Below are positions 14,901-25,460 of a stretch of DNA of 64,000 nucleotides, one piece after another. The position numbers were made by a program, and so were the translations under genes. The notes beneath the pieces are model-generated. The model searched no databases. It worked only from the letters and a program-made list of their open reading frames with translations, and was not told the DNA's origin. Position 1 is the first letter of the stretch; every line of letters begins with the position of its first letter. The DNA comes from the human T2T-CHM13v2.0 reference genome, Homo sapiens: NCBI RefSeq assembly GCF_009914755.1, contig NC_060929.1; one strand, written 5' to 3'.

Positions 14901-17874
14901 GCTGGCAAGTTCAGAGTGCTGGCAATCAAAACTATGTTGTGCTGCAGTAATTACTATGAAAAACTTCCAGTGCTTAATATTAAAGAATAGAATAACATGA
15001 TCCTGCCACCTCTTCTACACCTCTAGAGTGTGTTCAATGTGGCAATTATCTTCCTTCAAGAAGCAGAGAGTTTAAACTGCATTGAAACTCAATTATACTC
15101 ATGACTTTTGAAAACATACACTCCAAGTCAGGTTTCATCACATTCAAATCACTGCACAATATCTTATGAAACAGATTTTATCCCCCTCCCACAAGACATC
15201 TTCAAGCATAAAAATGACTTATTTTCAGCTCTGTACCCACTTTTCACTTTATTAAAGTAGAGGGATGGCTGAGCAATGCTGAAAGACAAAGAAGGATCTC
15301 AACTGATAAAAACAATTCAACGTGCAGCTCTCCCACACGTCATTACCCAGGCAGCCTAGAGCTGCCACCACGTTAAAAAACCAGATCACACACTTGTTAA
15401 CAAAAAACACATTACTTTGCTACTTTTAAGAATGCAAAGAACTAGGAGTAGTAGATTTATGATTTAAGTGCTTGTGGCTAAAATAGCTTTCCAATTATCA
15501 AGGGCCTCTTAGGAAGAGCAAGAATGCATTATGTGTTAATGACCACAACCAGGGGTCCCTTTCTCGACTCTTTTGTCAGAACCCAAGCAGATCCTCCCCG
15601 CAGCTTCACCATTAACATGTCTGTTTCCTGTCAGGCCACTCAGAGATAATGTCATTTATCTCAGGGAGGCACAAGCCCAGTCATTAGCTTCAATAAAAGA
15701 CCTCAAACAAAGGCCGGATAATGTTTTACCCAGGGCTCTAACTAAACCCAGAACCAAGATTCTTAGTGTCTAAAAGTCAAGGACTCAAAAGTTACCCTTC
15801 CTTAAAAGGATATTTTCCTCATTATCAACAATCCTAGATTACAGCTCTGAACAAGAGCAAGGTCTATGTATAGTAAACACCAGTCCACAGCAATATCACA
15901 CACAATTAGATTAACTGATAAACGCTGACCAGAGTTGGCGTGAGAGCCTTTTCCCCTCCTTGCCTCCAGGGGGAAAATTGACAGAATAATTCAAGTACTG
16001 ACTAAATAGTCAGATCTTTGGAAAAGCTGACCGCTCATTGTGATTGCCTGCAGGAACTGTATAACCATTATAAAGTGTTCAATGGCTGGGCTTCTGGAAA
16101 TCTTTTAAATAAAAGTGGAACTGGTTAAAATAAATGCAGGAACATGTGTTTTCACAGTGTTGCTCATATTACTGCAATTTCAAGTTTCTATGAAGTACCA
16201 GGTGAACTTTTTTAAATTAAAAAAGAATACACGCGCACACACAGACACCGTCGAAACTGGAGCAAATCGCAGCCATTCAATCCCTCTTTTTCACGCTGAA
16301 AACGAAGAACAGATGGTACTTTCCATGTTGTTCGAATCTGGTTATTGAACACCTCTGTGGTTAGGGAGATTTCTGCTTAGCACTTTCGGCATACATTTCA
16401 TTTACTAACTATAAAATGCTGCTTAGGAAAAATAAGTCTTTATAACAGTCTAATTAAAACCATCTTGCAGCCAAGCAATTTCACTTGAAGAGCATTCTTA
16501 ACCTCACGACATTTGGACTATCAATCCCTCCCCCCACCGTTTTTTACAGACTATTTGCAAAGTTATTAAAAGTTGCAAAACATTATTTATCTCCTATAGG
16601 ACAATCTTGATCAGTTATGCATATTCCTTCTCTCTCCAGCAAAGCAAACGGATTTCACACACCAAAGTCAGAATTCAGTGATGGGTCTGATTACACAAAT
16701 ACCTAAGTTCCATGTGTTCTTGGGGAAAGGGCAGCCCCCTCCCTCAAAAAGCCCTGTCACCCTGTGAGGAGGCCTATAGAAAAGTAAGGAGCTGGATCAA
16801 TGCTGATTTGGACGCCACCCTTAGTTACCAACGTCTTTAACAGCTAAACCTCTTATGTAGCTTTCAAAACAGTTTGCTGTCCGACAACAATGGACTCTGT
16901 TCTTTAATTATAGCAAGTGACCCCTCTGCCCTTTTATTTCACAGTAGATACACTACACTCTAGGCAGAATTCATATGGGACACTATATTTGAAAAAAAAA
17001 AAAAGCATAATGTCCACAAAACTCATTAATCAAAATATGTTCTTAAACTGCTCACACTCACTTAGAAAATGTGCCAGAATTCCCTGGTGAAGTATAAAAA
17101 GGACTCTACAAAAGAATAAAATAAAATGAATGATATCCTTTATGGACAGGTCCATTTGTAGACACCACCTTTATGACCAGGGCCATCTTAATGAAAGCAA
17201 TATGATATTACAGAAATAATTCTCTTCCCTGAATAGGTATTGAGACACAACTATATGACCTCTTGTGCCTTTCACTTCTGTTTAAGTATCAGCCACTTTT
17301 AGGATTTTTGAGTTTTTGTATATATTTTTGAATTTTCCAGAAATCAAATAAACCCATCAACTTTACATATAAACTGTTTATTTATAAAGCCCAGCTGAAT
17401 GCCTCCCTATCTGATAAGTCAAAACTGTAAGATGGCTAGGAGGATACATAAAGAAGAGCTTCAATACAAGGCTATTATGCTTCACAAGAAAGGAGGGGAA
17501 GGTGGAGAGGCAGGTTTTAACAACCAAAAGCCAACCCATCAAATCTACTTATTCAGACATGTCACTGGTGGCTTAACCACAAAATGGGCTACAGAAATAT
17601 AGCTCAAACATCTTAGAATTATGGCATGTTTTGATTTTGTTCACGTATTAAGGGAGTGGCGACTTTTACAACATACTTGTGGTTTCCACATAAAGGAGTA
17701 GAACACTCATTGATTTAATTAGGTTTCATAAGGTCCAATTTATCATGTTTTACATGACTTTGTGTAGTGAAGAAACAGAATAAACAGACCAAAAATAGAC
17801 ATTTAAGCATGCATGCTATGAAAATTAACCGGTGACAGCAAGTCTTATGAATCTCCTGTGAACCTTCCAACCAG

Positions 17875-17905
<31 letters not shown>

Positions 17906-20334
17906 CACACATACACTCCCCCCTTTGGTTTTCACATGTGGCCCCTCACGAGCCACATCTGATTGCTGAAAATTAATAATCTTCACTCTCCAGGCACTTA
18001 CTCTTCACAAACTCAGATAATCAAGCCAGGCTGAAGGAAATTAAAACACTGTATAAAATGTCAAAAAACCTCAGTGTTGAAATATTTTTTCAGGTGAAGC
18101 TTCTGGTCCTACTAAATCTTTACTTTCTAAATAGGTATTCTCACATCAGTAGGAAGCATTTTCTAAATTGATGCCTAATTTGATGCAACCACTAGTTAGT
18201 GGAATTAGAGTTACTTTCCTGGGTGGCATTCATGCAAGGGAGTGCCATTTCTGTGTGCCAAGGATGAAAGCATTCTTAAGAGAAGTCATTCTCAGGGTGA
18301 AGTGGGGGTGGGGAGGAAAGCCTTAAGGAATAATGTTTGAGATCCTGAGCCAACGCCCAACTTGACAGAGAATGGCCAACACTACAGGATCCAAGCCCCT
18401 GGATCCAAGCCTTTGAGGGGCCCCTGTGCCAACTCCAGTGGCTAAGATTGGTGGCACAGCTTCCTCTGGTATAGGATCAGAAGTGAATCTAAATTGCAGT
18501 GTGCTTTCTTCCCTCCCCCACCCCAGATCCACCATGACTTGTTTGCTCTTCATTTATGTAATTCATATTTATCACATTTATACTGCTCTAACTGAAGATG
18601 AGTTGCATGTATATGAATAATTTAATTCTTCCATTCTTCACCCAGTTTCCTCTGTGACTGGAAAGTGAAAAGAACACACAAAAACTGGAGAAACGACACC
18701 ACGCTCTAATCTCAGTTGCCATGACAGCAGCCTTTTAGATACTGAAATGTTCCGATTGCCAGCTAAACAAAATTGTTGAATGTGAACATTTGGCTGGAAG
18801 ATTAAAAGGCTAAGGGGAATGCAAAAGGGCAGTACCTCCCACATTCCAAGCAGCCAGTGAATCCAATCAAATGGCTCTGACTCCTTAACCACAGCCATTG
18901 TGAGCACTGGATTAGGGCAATTCATCTAGATAGTTAAAGCAGATTAGAACTGCAATTTGAAGACTATTGGCAACAAAAGTAAATGCCCTACTGTACTAAG
19001 TAATAAGAAGATTTCAGAACACCTTTTAGCGGAAATAATGTGAAACTACACATTTAAATATAAGACTCAAAACCCGGAATTTTCAAAAATTCATTTATAT
19101 TCATTAATGTACCTGACCAAGAGGATATGAATTTATAAGCGTTTGGAGGCATTTTGCAAATTTGGCATTATCTACACCTTAATGTGCCTCTATCAACTTT
19201 TAAAAATCAAAACTTTACTCCTATACTCCAACTTAAATCCTGAACACAAAAACAAGAATATAAAAGTTTAAGTAGCAGTGAACCATTTTACACAGAAATA
19301 ATTCTCCAAAGACATATTATCACCACTTACAATCCCAATCGCCAACTATAGCAAAAAAAAATCAAAATTATTTAATAAGGATGTTCCCCAACAACCATGC
19401 CACAACCCACATGACAGAAAGCTTGCTTCTGCAAGGCACAACCTGTAGAATTAATATGAAGATTAATTTCATAGAAATATCACACACACACCCCTAACTC
19501 CTTCCCAACCTGCCTAGTGGACAGAACACCTTCTGTTCCCAAACATTAGTCAATGTGGTCTATGACTAAGCAGCAAAACATGGTGTGGGTGTCGGGGCAG
19601 GCAGTTCTTCCAAGGCAGTGTCTAACTATAGACTTGTACAAAGAAGGGGAGAAGGGTCCAAATGGTCTAAATCAACCATCCACACCGTTTAAATGCAGCA
19701 CATAATTCTATATTCCAATTCACTCAACCGTCTACATCCCCTTTGGCTACATTTTCACATTTCACGAGTATCAGTCCAGCAAGTCTGTTTTATTCTTCTT
19801 AGCAGCCGTCCAGCTCCCCAGTCAGGTATCCAAGTGATAACACTCTTAAATCTCTAGCTAAGAACTGGGTGAGGGAACAGGGGTAGAGTGCTAACAGCCA
19901 CCAAAACCATCGAGTTTTTCTGCAGTTATGAAACCAATGACCCAACACATCAAGCTTGGGGTTTCATTCAGGACCAATAACAAGAACTCATTCAAGGATA
20001 TCCTTTCACAGTACTATTTTGGAGACAGTAAGAAAAAATAAAAGGGATGAGGTCTGTAGAATGTAAATTCGAATCCTCGACATTCCTCTCCAGGGAGGGA
20101 ACTTGAACCTTGCACCTAAGGACACATTACCCGCAATACTAGGATGAATAAATTAAAATAGAAAACTGTTCCCCTTAAGGAAGAAAGCAGGACAAGAGTC
20201 AAGAGGGTGCATGAGCAGGTTTTCTATTAAAAGCACACGGCAACCTGCTGACTAGTGAGGAACCGATCTACAGGGCAAAAGGTACTTAGAACACTCAGGC
20301 CCTCCCACCTGGGAACCCAAACACTAGCATCACA

Positions 20335-20362
<28 letters not shown>
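20335..20362. repeat. (AGC)9 trinucleotide repeat; (CUG)n in the ZNF608 pre-mRNA
   Basis: Directly visible, about 200 nt into the intron. Confidence 0.95.
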
Positions 20363-20365
<3 letters not shown>

Positions 20366-20563
20366 ACAGCAGAAGCAAGAGCCAAACACTGCACCCAAGT
20401 AGGCTCCCCCATATCAAATTTTAATATAAAGGATGCATATCATAGAAATCTCACAAAGAACCAGAAAGCATAAAGTGTAAGGCACACAGAGGCACACCCC
20501 CACACACCCACACAAATGCACACAGAGGAGAGTAGGACATCTAGGAAGGCGACTTTATCCTAC

Positions 20564-21469
20564 CTTCTCAGTTTTCAGTTTCTTGATTCGCCTGTGGCTC
20601 TCCTCCTCCTCCTCTTCCTTCTTTACCAACATAGAGTTTCCCATGAGCCCTGAATCCGGGGCACTTTTGCTAACTTCCCCTGCAGCGGCGACGCTGCCAC
20701 TCCCAGTGCCCCCGCAGTGGAAGGGGCTCGCGCCACCTCCATTGCTCTTGGCCCCAAAGCCATAGAGGTGCCCCCCGGAAGGGGCCTGGCTGCCACTGCC
20801 ATTCTGGTGGCCCTGAAGCAGGTCGTGCTTGTCCTTCCTGGATTTCCCCGCATCCTTATCCCGCTTGGCGCCTCGGCTGCTCTGGCTTTTACCTGGCTTC
20901 TCCTCTTTGCTTTTCCCACAGGAGCCTGCCCCCGCGGTGGCGGCAGAGGTGCTGGTGCTGGTACTATTGCTGTTTGGGTTGCCGCTGCCGCCGCTGCTCA
21001 CACTTTGACCCAGCGCTGAATTCATGCCAGTTGCCTCTCCAGGGCGCCCTTGGACTTCCTGCCTCTTGCCAGTGCTGCTGATCTCGGGAATCCCATACAA
21101 GGCAGCAGAAGGCAGAGATTTATTAGCATCCTTAGAAGTTTTACTCCTTTTCACTTTTGATTTGCTGGTCTCTTTGTGTGAATTCCCCTGGGGAGCAGAG
21201 GCCTGAACAGAAGCAAATTTTAGGCCATCAGCTAAGGCTGCGGTAGCACCAGCCCCACTGGAGGCCGGACCTCCACAATCCTTGGAGTTGCTGCTACTAG
21301 TGGTGGTGGTGGAATTATTCATCTCAAATTTCTGTCTGTCCTTCTCCAAATCAGCGTCCAAATCAATTATTAAATTTCCAACCCCGATTTCCCAATCATC
21401 GCCACTGTCATAAGTATCAACTGTATTTGGATCCACACCTTTTCCTGCAGTAGAAATGTTCACTGACAT
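20564..21469 (-). CDS. ZNF608: Zinc finger protein 608, first coding exon (codons 1-302; CDS continues beyond the window after a long intron)
   Basis: The translation [50 protein letters not shown] is recognised as the ZNF608 N-terminus; the motif is shared with ZNF609 and Drosophila Brakeless/Scribbler. It is followed by S/G/K-rich low-complexity sequence and a basic end ([10 protein letters not shown]). ATG context is CAGG-ATG (A at -3). Phase-0 donor AAG|GTAGGA at 20564/20563; the last two ORF codons (VG*) are intronic. Confidence 0.96.
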
Positions 21470-21652
21470 CCTGAAGATGAGCTCTCTAGAATAAAAATCC
21501 GATGAACTTTTCTTTGGAGATGAGGGGACATTCGTTTATCTCCGCTGGGCTTTCTCTCAAAGAAAAAAAAAATCTTCTAATCTTCCTCTTCTTTTTCCTG
21601 CCCCACGAATGTGTCCAGGGATTTTACACCCTCAGTCCAGGTCCACCTTTTC
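21470..21652 (-). other. ZNF608: 5' UTR part of the ATG exon (183 nt) with splice acceptor at 21653/21652
   Basis: Minus strand reads CTTTTCCCCCCCCCTTCACAG|GAAAAG: polypyrimidine tract plus CAG. In-frame TGA at 21634-21632 upstream of the ATG. Confidence 0.8.
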
Positions 21653-22674
21653 CTGTGAAGGGGGGGGGAAAAGTCGAATATTTCTTGTCTGGGTGTTACC
21701 AGAATAAAAAACGATTAGTATTGGGGAATCAGTAAAGGGGACAGGGAAGGATGGAGAGTAAGGTGGCTCATGTATTGTCCTCACAGTCCAATATCAGGTT
21801 TAAAGGAAAATAACCAAACCCGAAAAATAAACCTATGACAGTAAGCATCTTACGGTAGCTAAAAAGAAAATCCCTTTATCAACAACACAAGGATAATCAC
21901 CTTTTTAAAAGCATTAAATTATCTTAAGGATCTGATTCAAGTCCAGAAAGGTTTTTGTGTTCTTTTTTAAAGTTTAGGATTTCAGTCTGGCACATGTGAT
22001 ATCTCAACCCCAGAAACACAGCCTGAACACTCAGACAAGAAGGAAGAACACAGCTTTAAACATCCCTAAACATGTCCTAGATCTTGCAATTTAGAAGACC
22101 AGACCCTGGAAGTTCTGAGGCTAGTTTTCAGAATAGAATGTTGCTAAATTTTCCTTATTTCTAATTTAGGTTTCAGTACTTCTTTTTACAAATTGTCTGG
22201 GCAATCTGTTTTTTGTTCCTAGTAAGGAACAGAAAAAACAACCAATAACTGCCCCCAACACACACACATACCTCCCTCCTATCCTCTTTTCCCAAACAGC
22301 TTCTACAATTTCTTTTTTGAAATATGCATGTCTTTTAAGAGCATTTCTCTCTAGAAAAGACAGTGTTATATAAAAAGTTAAATACCTGCCTTTTGAGAAA
22401 AAAATACATTTAAACAATTCTACCATATTCCTAGGTCAGAGAATTGCTCACTCTCTTAAATACGGTGCTACTGACTGTACAGAAAACTGATTAAGACATA
22501 CACTTTAAGTGATCTGCGCCAAGGTGGCCTCAATGACCGCAAATGAGTGTGTTTGACAAAGAGCAGTTAAAACGGTTTTTAAAGGGATCAGCCCCTTTTT
22601 AACAGTTGATTGTCAAGAAAAAAATAAATAAATATACATACACACACACATACACACACACAGACATTGCTTAC

Positions 22675-23050
22675 CTTTTAATCCTTTATCATTTTTTAAT
22701 TAGGCCAGCAAATCAAAATGCCTTTCCCACTCCACTCGGCAAACAAGCCTGTGCCTCATTTTACTTAAACACCAAATGATCAAGAAGGAAGAAACCAAAT
22801 AACACATCTCAGCCAGAATAATCACTCGATAACATTATTCCACCTCCCCACCCCCCTTTTGGCAAACGAATCAGTCCTTTTCTCCTTAAAAAAAATGTGT
22901 CACTGTACAGCTGGAAAATAATGTTTCACATTCACAACAGAAGCACCAAAGGTTTTTTTTTCCTCTTAACAAGCATCGAGAATAATAGTTTTTTAAAAAA
23001 CAGAGAGTTTAGAGAAAAAAGTTTTCCCAACTTCTCATTCCGCCTTCAGT
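22675..23050 (-). other. ZNF608: Candidate non-coding first exon (proximal); 5' end uncertain
   Basis: Strong donor AAAAG|GTAAGC at 22675/22674, about 1 kb upstream of the acceptor. A CpG- and GC-box-containing region lies upstream (23.0-23.5 kb). Confidence 0.5.
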
Positions 23051-24350
23051 TCCAGACTTCAGAGTCACCGTGATCAGTAATGATCCCATGTAGCAAACCT
23101 ACAGGCGTCCGCTAGTAACGAGACAGAATGTGCTAACATCGGGATAAATTAGTGAAAGGGAAGAAAGAATAAGAAGAAAGGACTGAAAATCTGGGCTGGA
23201 TTCCGCCTGTTAGTCGGGAAGTGGCATTTTTCCGCCCGTCCTGACAGATTTGATTTCTTGAACTAACTTAAGAGAAAAGGAGGGGGGGAGTAGAGGGAGG
23301 AGGAGGAGAAGAAAGGGTGGGATGAGAAACTGGGCAAGAGGAGAAAAAGAAAGGTGTGGAGGAGGAGACAGCAGATGATTCAGTGAGCTGATAAACCAGT
23401 TATAACAGCATTCGCTCGGGGCGGGGGGCGGGGGGCTTGGGGCGGTGGGGTGGGGAAAATAACGGCGTTTAAAATGGGCTCAGTCTTCGAAACCTAAAGG
23501 ATGTGATGTTTTCCTGTCTTATGTTGTTTTAAGAAAAAGGAACTGAGTTCCTAGTATAGCTCCCGAGGGGAGTGGAATCCTCTGTCGCTCAGGTCAGCCA
23601 GTCATGTGGTAATTCGATAATTAGAGTCAAAATAAGGTTTTTGTTTTCTTTTTTTTTTTTTTTAAGGCGACCCTTTTCGGGAGTTTTTCCCTCTTATACT
23701 CGCAGCAAACGGTGTGTCTCCCTTTTATTTATTTTTTCTCTCCTCTCCCTTCGCCCAGCCCCTCCTGTGTTTAGTCAGATGGCCCCGGAGCTTGGCTTAG
23801 TATTTTTAATTAGCTGGCGTTTGGAAGCTAAAAGCAGTAATGAATTGTTGATGGATTGGAAGTGGAGAGTCGCTTTGCTGGAAATGTCGGGGCTGGGAGA
23901 GGGGGATGGGCGAGTTAGTAACAACCAACCATCTAAAAGGAGCGATTTTGTTACAGTGCAAGCCTTTCACATCACGTGAGGATCAAGGGCTCAATTGGTT
24001 GTCGTGAGAACAAAAATGGTGACAAGCGTATCAAGAAAATACTGATCTGGTCTTTAAAAAAAAAAAAGCTGAAAGTCTCTCCCCTCCCCCTGCACACACT
24101 CCCCCAACCTCCTCCCCCCGCCCCCCCGCAGTGGGCGAAGCTACAAGTTATGAATGTGAAACATTTCTCGGAGATCTAGGATCTCCGAAGTTCGGAAGGA
24201 GCGAAATGTAATGAGCACAAGAACAAAGCAGATGTTTTAAAGAAACACTTTATAAACCTTTCCTCAACTTATCTCCAATTTGTCGGCTTTCCCAAGGGGC
24301 CAGGGACGGGGACGCCTGGGGGAGGGAGAAGGGTATCTCCGAGCTACTTG
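23030..24350. promoter_or_regulatory. CpG-enriched promoter region with GC boxes and G-quadruplex-capable tracts
   Basis: GGGGGCGGGGGGCGGGGGGCTTGGGGCGGTGGGGTGGGG at ~23417-23455; C-rich tract 24080-24128; more CpGs than the flanks. Confidence 0.55.
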
Positions 24351-25012
24351 GATTTTAGGGACCCCCACTTCATGTATTAAACAAAGAAAAACCTTTTGCT
24401 TGCTCCCCAGCCTGGTCCTGTAATAAATACACCATTGTTACTATTTGTGGGTTTGTTTGGGTTGGGTGGGGCTTTTATTTTTTCTCTTAATGGTATTTTT
24501 GTTGCTTGCTTTTTTAAGGAGATGGCGAATGGTAATTATAACCATTACATGTAATGAGTGACTATTCCCTTGTTTAATATTAAATTATCGGGCACTGGGA
24601 TCTGACAGGAGACAGAAATCGGCTTGTTCTGCCCTTGCCCCCATTTTCCTGGATCGCTTTGGGAGGGGGGTCTGCCCAGCTAGGACAGAAGAGGGAGGGA
24701 GTAAGGTGAGCTAGAGAATTGACACTGCAGACCAGGATATGCAACTGTGTCACTTTTATTCTCCTTTGGGTTAGAGCCCAAAAGCTAATTTCCTCTAAGT
24801 TACCCCGAGTGCCCAGTCAAGCTTAATTTGTGTGAAGTTACAAATGCTTCACCCTCCACTGAATAAAATTCACCCTTCTTGGGTTGTTGTTCTAAATGCA
24901 AAAGCCAAACCCTGTAACTAGTTCCTCATTTCTATGCATAAAACTCGCACATTCCCCTGCATGAAGTCCCCGCTAAGTGCTATATAGAGACACACCACGC
25001 AACCGTACTTAC

Positions 25013-25290
25013 GGTCTGTATTGGATCGAGTTGACCTTTTCCTTCTAACTGCATTGAATGTGTTTGGTTGCAGCCGCTTTATTTTGGAAATTATAATCTC
25101 TTCAACAAATTTATTATTAAAGAAGATGGACCATCAAATGTCACAGACCGTCCTGTGTATTTTTTATAAAAGCAAAAATTAAAATTTAAAAAAAGCAAAA
25201 CAAAAATCCCCCTGGTGCACACACACAACAAGCTTGTTCTGCAACACTAAATCAGGACTGAAACACAACACACACACAGGGGGAGTGGAG
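25013..25290 (-). other. ZNF608: Candidate non-coding first exon (distal); TSS inferred near 25285-25290
   Basis: Donor ACC|GTAAGT at 25013/25012. TATA-like TATAGA (minus, from 25314) and CCAAT boxes lie immediately upstream. Confidence 0.5.
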
Positions 25291-25304
25291 CAAAAGAAGC
25301 TCTC

Positions 25305-25460
25305 AGCCTCTATACCTGAAAGGGACTTTTCTTTGTTCCCAGTGCCCTTTCGCATCGGGCCAATCAGAGAGCAGCTTTTATGAAACTGGGCTCTCTCATT
25401 GGCTAGCTGCTTTCTCTTGGCTACTGTAGGGGGTTGAGATATACACACGTATAAAACACA
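25305..25460. promoter_or_regulatory. Core promoter with convergent CCAAT (NF-Y type) boxes and flanking TATA elements
   Basis: GGCCAATCAG (CCAAT 25360-25364), CTCATTGGCT (ATTGG 25398-25402), minus-strand TATAGA at 25314-25309, plus-strand TATAAAA at 25450-25456. Elevated CpG at 25.3-26.0 kb. Confidence 0.65.

Noticed and set aside
20227-20473. Poly-alanine ORFs on both strands
   Set aside because: Products of the AGC repeat in intronic sequence; no exon signals found.
20555-20563. 304-aa ORF treated as a complete single-exon gene
   Set aside because: A canonical donor sits at 20563, and ZNF608 is a much larger multi-exon protein; the last codons are intronic.
20583-21206. Antisense and alternate-frame ORFs over the ZNF608 exon
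   Set aside because: Expected by-products of GC-rich coding sequence; no independent support.
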